Shown here: positions 24,701 to 37,231 of the stretch, piece by piece | Numbering within the stretch: position 1 is the stretch's first letter | Layout: each line of letters begins with the position of its first letter | Made by a program: the position numbers and the translations under genes | Notes under the pieces: model-generated | The model's input: only the letters and a program-made list of their open reading frames with translations | Databases searched by the model: none | Told to the model about the DNA's origin: nothing | Origin: Azolla caroliniana | Taxonomy: Eukaryota > Plantae > Polypodiophyta | Assembly (NCBI GenBank): GCA_043228905.1 | Contig: JBHGNT010000007.1 | Span: forward strand, 21,576,001 to 21,640,000 | Reading direction: 5' to 3' | DNA: 64,000 nucleotides

Positions 24701-26818
24701 TACGATGAGCAGACCTAACCGGAAAAAGACCAAGATCCCGAATCGGATTCGGATGAAGAACAAATAGTGGAGGCGGTTGCCGAAGGTCAAAGACGGAGAT
24801 ATCCTCTCAGAGAGAGAAGGGCCCCCCGGAGATTTCCGGATACAGAGCATGTGCTGCTGACCGATGAGGGAGAGCCAGAAAGCTTCGAGGAAGCTAAAAG
24901 TGACGCCCATAGCCGAAAATGGTTAAGTGCCATGCAGGATAAGATGGATTCCCTGCATGAGAACCATACGTATGAATTGGTGGAGTTGTCGGAAGGAAAG
25001 CGGTTACTCCGAAATAAGTGGGTGTACAAGTTGAAAACGGGAGATGCCGGCAACCCCCCGAGATACAAAGCCAGAATCGTGGTGAAGGGGTTCCAGCAGA
25101 AGAAGGGCATGGACTTCGACGAGATAGTTGCCCCGGTAGTAAAGATGACCTCCATCCGGACGGTGCTAAGCATAGCGGCAAGCATGGACTTCAAGGTAGA
25201 GCAGCTAGACATGAAGACGACATTCCTTCACGGTGACCTCGAAGAGGAGATCTACATGCAGCAACCAGAAGGATTCGTGGAGAAAGGGAAGGAGCACCTG
25301 GTTTGCCGGTTGAAGAAGAGCCTGTATGGACTGAAGCAGGCTCCCCGACAATGGTACCGGAAGTTCGATTCCTTCATGACCGATCAAGGGTACCACAAGA
25401 TGCAGGCCGACCACTGCGTGTTTGTGAAGAAGTTCGAAGGAGGCGACTTCCTGATACTCCTTATGTAACGCGGACGACATGTGGATCGTCAGATGGGACC
25501 AAGCCAAAATACAGATGCTGAAGAAAGCTCTCAACCGATGCTGAAGAAAGCTCTCAACCGAACTTTCGCAATGAAAGACTTGGGTCCGGCAAGACAGATG
25601 TTGGGGATGCATATCATCCGGAACCAGCCAACGAAGCAACTGTGGCTGTCACAAGAGAAATACGTGACAAAGGTGCTTCAGCGGTTCAACATGTTAGAAG
25701 CGAAACCGGTTAGATCAACACTCCTGGAAAACTGCAGATTATCCGGTTAGAAGTCTGATATGATGAAGGTTCCATATGCCTCTACTGTCGGGAGCTTAAT
25801 GTACGCAATGGTGTGTCCCGACCGGATATAGGATACGCAGTCGGAGTGGTGAGCCGGTTTATGAGCAATCCCGGCAAGGAGCACTGGAATGCGGTCAAAT
25901 GGATACTCCGGTACTTGAAGGGCACTTCGAACATGTGTCTCTGATTCGGCTCCGGTAAACGTCAATAGGACGGTTTTACCAATTCGGACATGTCGGCTAA
26001 TGTGGATACCAGCCGGTCTACATCTGGGTATGTAATGACATATGCCGGGGGATCTATTTCGTGGCAGTCGAGGCTGCAGAAGACGATTGCGTTGTCAACC
26101 ACGGAAGCGGAGTACATGGCGGCTGTGGAAGTTGGCAAGAAAATACTATGGATAAAGGACTTCATCGGAGAGCTCGGTATCCGGCAAGATGAATACCGGC
26201 TCTATTGTAACAGTCAAAGTGCCATCCACCTTGCTAAGAACGCAACGTACCACTCCAGGACAAAGCACATCCAGCATAGGTATCACTGGATCCGGGAGCG
26301 AGTAGAAGATCGAGAGTTTGCGTTGATGAAGATCCACACGGCCGAGAACGGGTTAGATATGCTGACCAAAGTGCTGATACCTGACAAGCTGGATGCATGT
26401 CGGAAGCGGATCAGACTAGTAAGACATCCCATGCCGGAGTGAAGGGGGAGTTTGTTAGGAAACAGGTCGCTCCGGATGTGAAGTGAGAAGAACAATGCTG
26501 ACGAGCAAACTCGGCCGAGGCCGAAACCGGATGTAGAGTACCCGGCAACGGAAGACCCGGTGAGAACCGAATGTGGAGTACCCGACAATGTAAGACCCGG
26601 TGAGAACCGTATGTGGTGTACCCGACAACGGAAGACCTAGTGAGAACCGGATGATGAGTGCCCGACAAGCGTCGGATGATGCAGGCCCGGTGAGGAGTGC
26701 TCACCTGATGAAGGGACATATTCGTATCTGTGTCGTGCGTTTATTACCCGTTTTCTGTGTTTGATTCTAGCCTCGGTTGTAACAGAGCGTTGTTCATCGG
26801 GAGCGTGTGTTCCTATTA
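21785..26818 (+). mobile_element. Tnt1/Tork-like Copia element E inserted in the Gypsy D integrase, TSD GTAGG
   Basis: 5' LTR 21785-22472. PBS TGGTATCAGAGC at 22476-22487. Degenerate gag-pol 22503-26442. PPT GAAGGGGGAG. 3' LTR 26453-26818 with an internal deletion. TSD at 21780-21784 and 26819-26823. Confidence 0.95.
21841..21985 (+). repeat. 40-bp U3 tandem repeat (ACCGGATGTGGAGTACCCGGCAACGGAAGACCCGGTGAGA), about 3.5 copies; also present in the C, F and G LTRs
   Basis: Units start at 21841, 21881, 21921 and 21961. Confidence 0.92.
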
Positions 26819-28267
26819 GTAGGTAAGATCGTGGCCGACCGCAGAGAATTGGACACGCAAGAGGCGAAAGAGCTATTTGACCGGCTAGGGATTAAACTCT
26901 CGCTCACCACAACATACAATCCGGAGGCTAACGGGATGGTGGAACGCTGACACGGGCCGATCTTCAAAGTGTTAGTACGGGCGTGTGGAGGCCAAGTCGG
27001 GAACTGGCCGCGGCTCTTCCCCTACGCGTTGTGGGCGGACCGAACTACGCACAGTTCGGTAACCGGGTTCATGCCGACAGAAGCTAATGTACGGGCAAAA
27101 GCCGATCGTGCCAACGGAGCAGACAATCTCCTCATGGGCCACGGTGGACTGGAAAGATGAGATGAGCCGGGAGGAGCTTTTAGCGGCATGGATTCGGCAG
27201 CTGGAGCGAAGACCGGAGGACGTGGACCGAGCCGCGGAGAAGCTACGGGTGGCGAGGGTAAAGAACAAAGGACGGTTCGACCGAACTCACTGACTGAGAC
27301 CGGAGAAGATTGAGGAAGGTGACTAGGTTCTAGTGTATGACAGCAACCTCGAAAACCAGCACATGGGAATGCGGAAGTTTGCAAGAAGGTGGTTCGGGCC
27401 TTATGTAGTGACAAGCGCCAACGACAACGAGCCACTATCAGGCTCCCTTTGCTGAATTTCATGATTCCGTTCTCGATGCTACCCGTGTAGCCTTCATCAT
27501 CTAGCCGATCGGCTGATATCAAGTTCAGTCGAACCTCCGGAACGTGTCAGACATCCTTCAGCAGCAGCTTGCATCCGGTTGGTGTTGTCAACCACACGTC
27601 TCCTATGCCGACAATTCGGCATGTACCTGACAGGAACACACGCTCCCTAATCACAACGCTCGACCACAACCGAGGCTAGGATCAAACACAGAAAATGGAT
27701 CATGAACGCACGACACAGTGAAGAGAAGAGTACACAGGATGTTTACGCGGAAAACCCAAACTAGGGAAATAAACCACGGCAGCCCACAAGCTGCAAACTA
27801 TCACTATGTTACAATGTACAACAGTAAAGCACCGAGGCAACAACCTCGAGCTTTCTATCTTCGCCACAGGCGGCGGTTACAATAGAGGCAATGACCTCTT
27901 CCTCTCTCTCTCTCTCTCTCTGTACACAGTTACGCTCTCAAATCTTACACCAACAAGAAATGACCACTTCCCTTGTGACTAAGTTTGCCCTAAGTCATAT
28001 TTATACTAATATGACTTTTTGGCTATTTACAAATATAGCCTCAATGGACTCTCAGAAACATATTTACGAATATGTCCCTTCATCCGGTGAGCATTCTCCA
28101 TCGGGCCTGCATCATCCGGCGCTTGCCGGGCACACGTCATCCGGTTCTCACCGGGTCTTCCGTTGCCGGGTACACCACATCCGGTTCTCACCGGGTCTTC
28201 CGTTGTCGGGTACTCCACATTCGGTTCTCACCGGGTCTTCCGTTGCCGGGTACTACGCATCCGGTTC

Positions 28268-28955
28268 TGATAGGAACACACGTTCCCGATGAACAACGCT
28301 CGTCCACAACCGAGGCTAGAATCAAACATAGTAAAGAGAAGAGTACACGGGATGTTAATGTGGAAAACCCAAACTAGGGAAAAACCACGGCAGCCCACAG
28401 ACTACAAACTATCACTATATCACAATGTACAGTAGTAAAGCATCGAGGCAACGACCTCGAGCTTGCTTTCTTCGCCACAGGTGGCGGTTACAACAGAGGC
28501 AACGACCTCTTCCTCTCTCTCGCTCTCTCTGTACATGGTTACGTGCTATAATCTTGCACCAACAAGAATGACAACACTCCAACTAAGTTTGCCCTAAGTC
28601 ATATTTATACTAATATGACTTTTCGGCTATTTACAAATATAGCCCCGATGGACTCTCAGAAACATATTTATGAATATATCCCTTCATCCGGTGAGCACTC
28701 ACCGGGCCTGCATCATCCGGAGCTTGCCAAGCACACGTCATCTGGTTCTCACCGGGTCTTCCGTTGCCGGGTACTCCTGATCCGGTTCTCACCGGGTCTT
28801 CCGTTGCCGGGTACTCCACATCCGGTTCTCACTGGGTCTTCACCATCCGGCTCTTGCCGGGTACTCGTCATCCGGCTCTCACCGGGTCTTCCGTTGCCGG
28901 GTACTCCACATCCAGTTCTTTTCACTTCCCATCCGGAGGGACCTATTTCCTAACA
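28268..28955 (-). repeat. Additional complete LTR (G) of the E subtype, adjoining the PPT and abutting the truncated F 3' LTR
   Basis: Plus strand reads TGATAGGAAC...CCTAACA followed by AACTCCCCCTTC. It carries ATGACAACACTCCAACTAAG (E-type) rather than ATGACCACTTCCCTTGTGACTAAG (F-type). Confidence 0.85.
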
Positions 28956-31452
28956 AACTCCCCCTTCACTCCGGCATGGGATGTCTTACTAGTCCAATAC
29001 ACTTCCGACATGCATCCAGCTTGTCAGGTATCAGCACTTTGGTCAGCATATCTGACCCGTTCTCGGCCGTGTGGATCTTCATCAGCGCGAACTCTCGATC
29101 TTCTACTCGCTCCCGGATCCAATGATACCTACGTTGGATGTGCTTCGTCCTGGAATGGTACGTTGCGTTCCTAACAAGGTGGATGGCACTTTGACTGTCG
29201 CAATAGAGTCGGTATTCATCTTGCCGGATACCGAGCTCTCCGATGAAGTCCTTCATCCATAGTATTTCCACAGCCGCCATGTACTCCGCTTCCGTGGTTG
29301 ACAACGCAACCGTCTTCTGTAGCCTCGACTGCCACGAAACAGATCCCCCTGCATATTTTATTACATACCCGGATGTAGACCGACTGATATCCACATCAAC
29401 CGACATGTCCGAATCGGTAAAACCGTCAAGTTGAGGTTTACCGGAGCCGAATCGGAGACACATATTCGAAGTGCCCTTCAGGTACCAGAGTATCCATTTG
29501 ACCGCGTTCCAGTGCTCCTTGCCGGGATTGCTCATAAACCGGCTCACCACTCCGACTACGTATCCAATATCCGGTCAAGTACACACCATTGCGTACATCA
29601 AGCTCCCGACGGTAGAGGCATATGGAACCTTCATCATATCAGTCTTCTCTGCTTTCATCTTCATGCTTTGCTTACCGGATAATCTGCAATTTGCCGGGAG
29701 TGTCGGTCCGACCGGTTTCGCTTCTAACATGTTGAACCATTGAAGCACCTTTGTCACATATTTCTCCTGTGACAACCACAACTGCTTCATTGGCCGGTTC
29801 TAGATGATATGCATCCCCAGCATCTGTCTTGTCGGACCCAAGTCTTTCATTGCGAAGGTTCGATTGAGAGCCTTCTTCAGCATCCGTATTTTGGCTTGGT
29901 CTCGTCTAACGATCAACATGTCGTCCACGTACAGAAGGAATATCAGGAAGTCGCCTCCTTCGAACTTCTTCACAAACACGCAGTGATTGGCCTGCGTCTT
30001 GTGGTACTCTTGATCGGTCATGAAAGAGTCGAACTTCTGGTACCATTGTCGGGGAGCCTGCTTCAATCCGTACAGGCTCTTCTTCAACCGGCAAACCAAT
30101 TGCTCCTTCTCTTTCTCCACGAATCCTTCCGGTTGTTGCATGTAGATCTCCTCTTCGAGGTCACCGTGAAGGAATGTCGTCTTCACGTCTAGCTGCTCTA
30201 CCTTGAAGTCCATGCTTGCCGCTATGCTCAGCACCGTCCGAATGGAGGTCATCTTTACTATCGAGGCAAATATCTCGTCGATGTCCACGCCCTTCTTCTG
30301 CTGGAACCCCTTCACCACGATCCTGGCTTTGTATCTCGGGGGGTTGCCGGCATCTCCCGGTTTCAACTTGTACACCCACTTATTTCGGAGTAACCGCTTT
30401 CCTTTCGGCAACTCCACCAATTCGTACGTATGGTTCTCATGCAGGGAATCCATCTCATCCTGCATGGCACTTAACCATTTTCGGCTATGGGCGTCACTTT
30501 TAGCTTCCTCGAAGCTTTCTGGCTCTCCCTCATCGGTCAGCAGCACATGCTCTGTATCCGGAAATCTCCGGGGGGCCCTTCTCTCTCTGAGAGGATATCT
30601 CCGTCTTTGGGCTTCGGTAATTGGCTCCTCCATTTGCTCTTCATGCGAATCCGATTCGGGGTCTTGGCTGGTTCCGGTTTCAGCTTCCCCTACTTCTTCT
30701 TCTGCCGGTTCGGTGTCCTCACCGTAACCGGCTGGTTCCTCGAATGCTAACCGGTCTCTTGCCGGTTGGGTCTGCTCATCGGAGAATCGATCCCGGTCGA
30801 CTCAGAGTTCATTATCTTCTTCCTCGACTCCCAGTCGGCAAGCGTCTTGTCCTCCATGAAGATAATATCTCGACTCCGGAATACCTTCTTGTCGACCAGG
30901 TCCCACACTCGGTAGTCGAACTCATCGTCGCCGTAACCGAGGAATATGCATGGCCGGGTCTTTGGATCTAACTTTCCTCTCTGGTCCTTAGCTACATGCA
31001 CGTACGCGAGACACCCGAACACCTTCAGATGCCGGTAGGACACTTCCTTACCGGTCCATACTCTCTGCGGCGTGTCTCCGTCCAAGGGTACTGAGGGTGA
31101 TCTGTTTATCACATATGTCGTCGTCGACAGTGCCTCAACCCAAAACGTCTTGGGTAATTTTGCATGCGCCAGCATACTCCAGACCCTCTCCATTATGGTT
31201 CGGTTCATCCTCTCGGCCAACCCGTTTAGTGCCGGCGGCTTCGGCACAGCAAATTCGAGCCGGATTCCCTTCGAGCGGCAGTACTCCACGAACTGCCCCC
31301 GATATTAACCTCTGTTATCTGCTCGAACCGCCTTTAGCTTCCAGCCGGTTTCTCTTTCCACTCTTGCGTGGAGCTCTTTGAAGACGAATAGCACCTGATC
31401 CTTCGTCTTCAATGGTGTGGCCCACAGCTTCCAGCTGCGGTCATCTATGAAC

Positions 31453-34400
31453 TGTTGGGATTACGGTCCCTCCGGATGGGATGGTCGGATGTCCGGGAAT
31501 CGGGAATGAAGACCCCGGCTACGGAGCCGGATGACGAATGTACCCGGAGAGAGATCTGGATGCGGGGACATATTTGTGAATATGTTTGCCAAGGGCCCTT
31601 GAGGCTATATTTGTAAATAGCCCGAAAGTCATATGTGTATAAATATGACTTAGGGCAAACAGTTTTATGTTGTTGCTCATTTTTCTGTTTTCCACTTAGA
31701 GGGAGCTAAGTGAGCAGCCGAGAGAGAGAAGAGAGAGACAGAGAGAGAGAGACGAAGAGGTTGTTGCCTCTGTGTATTACCGCCGCCTGTGGCGAAGACA
31801 GTGAGCTCAAGGTTGTTGCCTTGTAGCTTCACCATTGTACATCTCTGTTTATAGTGATAGTTGGAGTTTGAGGACTCCCGTGGTTTTTTCCCATTTAGGG
31901 TTTTCCACGTAAAACATCCCGTGTACTCTTCTCTCTATTGTCTTCGTGCATTTTGTATTTCCCGTTTTCTGAGAGTTGATCCTATTCCTCGGTTGTGGCC
32001 GAGCACTGTTTTCAACAAAGTGGTATCAGAGCGAGGTTAACACAGAAAATGGAAGGCGGCGGTAGTGGGCCTCCGGGCATGATGGTGTTGAACTCACAGA
32101 ACTACGCCGACTGGAAGATAAAGATGGAAGACCTTCTCATCGTCCGAGACCTGTACGAACCGATCGACAATGCCGAGATACCCAAGGGGGTAATAGAGTC
32201 GGAGTGGAAGCTCCTGAACCGGAAAGCCGTAGCGACGATCCGGCAATATGTCGATGTAAGTGTCCTGCAACATGTGGCGAACGATACGAACGCCTATGAG
32301 ATGTGGCTGAAGCTGTCCTGACTGTATGAGAGGAAGAATGCTCTGACCCGGACCTCCCTGATGAGGAAGATAGTGAATCTTAAGTACCGGGACGGCGAGA
32401 GCATGGTCGAACACGTCAGCACGTTCATGGGATTTGTGAACCAGCTTGCGGCGATCAAGTTCCCGTTGGATGACGCAATGCAAGCCATCATGCTGATGTG
32501 TACCCTTCCGGAGAGCTGGGAGAACTTGGTAGTTACGCTCAGCACCTCCTGTAAGGAAGAGAACTTGTCTTTACTAACGGTAAAGACAAGTATTCTAAAT
32601 GAAGAAGCGCGTCGGAGAGATAAAGAACCGGCCTCCGACTCGAAGGCGTTGCTTACCGAATCGGAATGGGGAAGACAACGGAACTGGAGTCCGCAAAGAC
32701 GGGAGAAGTCGGGGACACGGTCGCAGTCGAGGGGAAGACCTACATGCTTCTACTGTGGGAAGCCGGGGCACTTCCAGAAGAACTGTCGGCATTTCCGGAA
32801 AGACAACGGAACCGACGGTACCGATTCGAAGAAGTCACCGGAGCGAAACGGTGCATACCGGGGAGCCACGGACCGGAGAGGTCCGGATCGGCGAGGGCAG
32901 GACCGGAAAGGAACGACGGCACTCGCGGCAAGTGAAGAAGAGATAATGCTCATTACTGAAGAGAGGGAGCTGAACCTTGCCGGTGAAGAGATGACCTGGG
33001 TGGTCGATTCCGGAGCGTCGTTCCACCTGACCCCGGAGAAGAAATACTTCTCATCCTACACAGCCGGTGAGCACGGCTGTGTCCGGATGGGAAATGAAGG
33101 TACATGCCGGATTGCCGGCATAGGAGACGTGTGGCTGATGACATCAACCGGATGCAAGATGCTGCTGAAGGATGTCCGACACGTTCCGGAGGTTCGATTG
33201 AACCTGATTTCGGTCGGGAGGCTAGACGATGAAGGCTACACGGGTAGCATCCGGAACGGCGTAATGAAGTTCAGCAAGGGGAGCCTGATAGTGGCTCGAG
33301 CCCGGAAAGTCAACACACTGTACCTTATGAATGCCTGGTTGTGTCCGGAGGAGTTGAACGTGGCAGCCGACGCTGCCGGTGAGCTGTGGCACAAGAGACT
33401 GTGCCACATGAGTGAGAAGGGGATGAAGAGGCTTGCAGAAGACAACCTTATTCCAGTGAAGCATGTGCACCTGGAGAAGTGCACCGATTGCCTGGCCGGT
33501 AAGCAGAACCGAACCTCCTTCCACTCAAGGCCACCGACGAGACGTAGCGCACCATTGGAGTTGGTGCACACTGACGTGTGTCAAGTAGAAACGAAGTCAC
33601 ATGGCGGAGCCCAGTACTTTGTGACATTCATTGATGACCACAGCCGGAAGCTGTGGACGGCACCGTTGAAGACAAAGGACCAAGTGTTGTGCATCTTCAA
33701 AGAACTCCACGCGAGAGTGGAAAGGGAATCCGGCAAGAAGCTGAAAGCGATACGAGCGGATAACGGAGGGGAATACTGGGGGCAGTTCCAGGAGTACTGT
33801 CGCTCGAAGGGAATCCGGCTCGAGTTTACTGTGCCGAAGACGCCGGAACTGAACGGGTTGGCCGAGAGGATGAACCGGACCATAATGGAGAGGGTCCGGA
33901 GTATGCTGGCGCATGCGAAATTACCCAAGGGGTTTTGGGCTGAGGCAATGTCGACGGCGACGTATGTGATAAATAGATCACCCTCAGTACCTTTGGACGG
34001 AGACACGCCGCAGAAAGTGTGGACCGGTAAGGAAGTGTCCTACCGGCATCTGAAGGTGTTCGGGTGTCTCGCATACGTGCATGTGGCAAAGGACCGGAGA
34101 GGAAAGTTAGATCCAAAGACCCGGCCATGCATATTCCTCGGTTACGGCGACGACGAGTTCGGCTACCGAGTATGGGACCCGGTCGACAAGAAGATATTCA
34201 GGAGTCGAGATATCATCTTCATGGAGGACAAGACACTCGCCGACTGGGAGTCGGAGAAGAAGATGAAGAGCTCCAAGTCGACCGGTGAGGATCAACTCTA
34301 CGAAGAGCAGTCCCGACCGGCAAGGGACCGGTTAGCACTCGAGGATCCGGCCGAAGACGGTGAAGAAACAGAACCGGCCGAGGAAGATGAAACTGATACC

Positions 34401-36727
34401 GGAACCGGCCCCGATCCCGAAATGGATTCGGATGAAGAGGAAACGGAGGAGCCGGTTACCGAAGCTCCGGAACGGAGATATCCTCTAAGAGAGAGAAGGG
34501 CCCCCCGGAGATTTCCGGAACCAGAGCACATGCTGCTAACCGACGAGGGGGAGCCGGAGAGTTTTGAAGAAGCAAAGCTTGACAACCATAGCCGCAGGTG
34601 GTTAAGTGCCATGCAGGAGGAGATGGATTCCCTGCATGAGAACCACACATATGAACTTGTGGAGTTGCCGAAAGGTAAGCGGGCACTTCAAAACAAGTGG
34701 GTCTTCAAGTTGAAACCGGGAGATGCCGGAAACCCCCCGAGATACAAAGCCAGGATCGTAGTGAAGGGGTTCCAGCAGAAGAAGGGCGTCGACTTCGACG
34801 AGATATTTGCCCCGGTAGTGAAGATGACCTCCATCCGGACGGTGCTGAGCATAGCGGCAAGCATGGACCTCGAGGTAGAACAGATGGACGTGAAGACGGC
34901 ATTCCTTCACGGTGACCTCGAAGAAGAGATCTACATGCAGCAACCGGAAGGATTCGAGAAGAAAGGGAAGGAGCACCTGGTATGCCGGTTGAAGAAGAGC
35001 CTTTACGGACTGAAGCAGGCTCCCCGGCAATGGTACCGGAAGTTCGACTCCTTCATGACAGACGAAGGGTACCACAAAACGCAGTCCGATCACTGCGTGT
35101 TTGTGAAGAAGTTCGAAGGAGGAGACTTTTTAATACTCCTCCTGTACGTGGGCGACATGTTGATCGTCGGACGGGACCAGGGCAAGATACGGATGCTGAA
35201 GAAAGCGCTTCACCGAACCTTCTCAATGAAGGACCTGGGTCCGGCGAGGCAAATACTAGGGATGCACATCATCCGGGACCGGAAGAAGAAGCAGTTGTGG
35301 CTGTCACAGGAGAAGTACGTGACAAAGGTGCTTCACCGGTTCAACATGTCGGAAGCAATACCGGTCGGGTCAACCCTCCCGGGAAACTGCAAGTTGTCCA
35401 GCAAGCAAAGCCCCAAGACAAAGGCTGAGAAGGAGGACATGATGAAAGTACCATAGGCCTCTGCCGTCGGAAGCTTGATGTACGCAATGGTGTGTACAAG
35501 ACCGGACATAGGATATGCAGTCGGAGTGGTGAGCCGGTACATGAGCAATCCCGGCAAAGAACACTGGAACGCGGTCAAGTGGATACTCCGATACCTGAAG
35601 GGCACGACAAACGTGTGCCTCCGATTCGGCTCCGGTAAGCCCGAACTCGACGGCTTTACCGATTCGGATATGTCGGCTGATGCAGATACCAGCCGGTCCA
35701 CATCAGGGTATGTGATGACGTATGCAGGGGGAGCTGTTTCGTGGCAGTCGAGGTTGCAGAAGACGGTTGCGTTGTCAACCACGGAGGCGGAGTACATGGC
35801 GGCTGTTGAAGCCGGCAAGGAAATAATATGGATGAAGGACTTCATTAGAGAGCTCGGTATCCGGCAGGAGGAGTACCGACTCTACTGCGACAGTCAGAGT
35901 GCCATCCACCTTGCGAAGAACGCGGCCTATCACTCCCGGACGAAGCACATCCAGCGAAGATATCACTGGATCCGGGAAAGGATAGAGGACCAGGAGTTCG
36001 TGTTGACGAAGATCCACACGGACGAGAACGGGTCGGATATGCTGACCAAGGTGCTCACACCAGACAAGCTGGAAGCATGCCGGAAGAGGGTCGGACTGGA
36101 AAGACATCCCATGCCGAAGTGAAGGGGGAGTTTGTTGGGATTACGGTCCCTCCGGATGGGATGGTCGGATGTCCGGGAATCGGGAATGAAGACCCCGGCT
36201 ACGGAGCCGGATGATGAAGACCCCGGCTACAGAGCCGGATGACGAATGTACCCGGAGAGAGATCTGGATGCGGGGACATATTTGTGAATATGTTTGCCAA
36301 GGGCCCTTGAGGCTATATTTGTAAATAGCCCGAAAGTCATATGTGTATAAATATGACTTAGGGCAAACAGTTTTATGTTGTTGCTCATTTTTCTGTTTTC
36401 CACTTAGAGGGAGCTAAGTGAGCAGCTGAGAGAGAGAAGAGAGAGACAGAGAGAGAGAGACGAAGAGGTTGTTGCCTCTGTGTATTACCGCCGCCTGTGG
36501 CGAAGACAGTGAGCTCAAGGTTGTTGCCTTGTAGCTTCACCATTGTACATCTCTGTTTATAGTGATAGTTGGAGTTTGAGGACTCCCGTGGTTTTTTCCC
36601 ATTTAGGGTTTTCCACGTAAAACATCCCGTGTACTCTTCTCTCTATTGTCTTCGTGCATTTTGTATTTCCTGTTTTTTCTGAGAGTTGATCCTATTCCTC
36701 GGTTGTGGCCGAGCACTGTTTTCAACA
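31453..36727 (+). mobile_element. Tnt1/Tork-like Copia element H, apparently the youngest and nearly intact, TSD TGAAC
   Basis: LTRs 31453-32017 and 36133-36727 are almost identical. PBS at 32021-32032. PPT at 36121-36130. TSD at 31448-31452 and 36728-36732. Confidence 0.97.
32049..36122 (+). pseudogene. Copia H gag-pol polyprotein in one reading frame, with two in-frame stops (32319, 35454) and RT YVDD changed to YVGD
   Basis: Motifs CFYCGKPGHFQKNC, WVVDSGASFH, LWHKRLCH...CTDC, RADNGGEY, ELNGLAERMN, QMDVKTAFLHG, LLYVGDMLI and SDMLTK. Confidence 0.93.
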
Positions 36728-37231
36728 TGAACGTCACGAAGTCCTGCGATCCTGCATGTGACATCGTGTCCACCTGACACACATCAGTATGCACCAACTC
36801 CAATGGTGCATTACGTCTCATCGGTGGCCTTGGTCGGAAGGAGGTCCGGTTTTGCTTAGTGGCCAGACAATCAGTGCACTTCTCCAAGTGCACGTTCTTC
36901 ATTGGAATGAGGTTGTCGTCTACAAGCCTCTTCATCCCCTTCTCGCTCATGTGACACAACCTCTTGTGCCATAGCTCACCGGCAGTGTCGGATGCCACGT
37001 TCACTTCTTCCGAACTTAACCAGGCATTCATCAGGTACAACGTGTTGACCTTCCGAGCCCGAGCCACAATTAGGCTCCCTTTGTTGAACTTCATAACACC
37101 GTTCCGGATGCTACCCGTGTAGCCTTCATCATCTAGCCGACCGGCTAATATCAGGTTCAGTCGAACCTCCGGAACGTGTCGGACATCCTTCAGCAGCAGC
37201 TTGCATCCGGTTGGTGTTGTCAACCACACGT

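Larger units (their letters stand above)
17290..27426 (+). mobile_element. Ty3/gypsy element D (5' LTR, Trp PBS, gag-PR, RT deleted, RH, IN); 3' end lost; interrupted by Copia E
   Basis: LTR 17290-17962 (TGTCG...CGACA), then TATTTGGTGAACCC. Gag knuckle CLWCDAVGHARKDC, protease ALVDHGSEINLM, RH-like VDTSPTGI...KRELWGI, IN zinc finger H...H...CESC and YNPEANG. The order PR-(RT)-RH-IN is Gypsy. Confidence 0.9.

Noticed and set aside
32319-32321. Programmed stop-codon readthrough in Copia H
   Set aside because: The stop lies mid-gag, a second stop and the YVGD change also occur, and there is no readthrough context; these look like point mutations.
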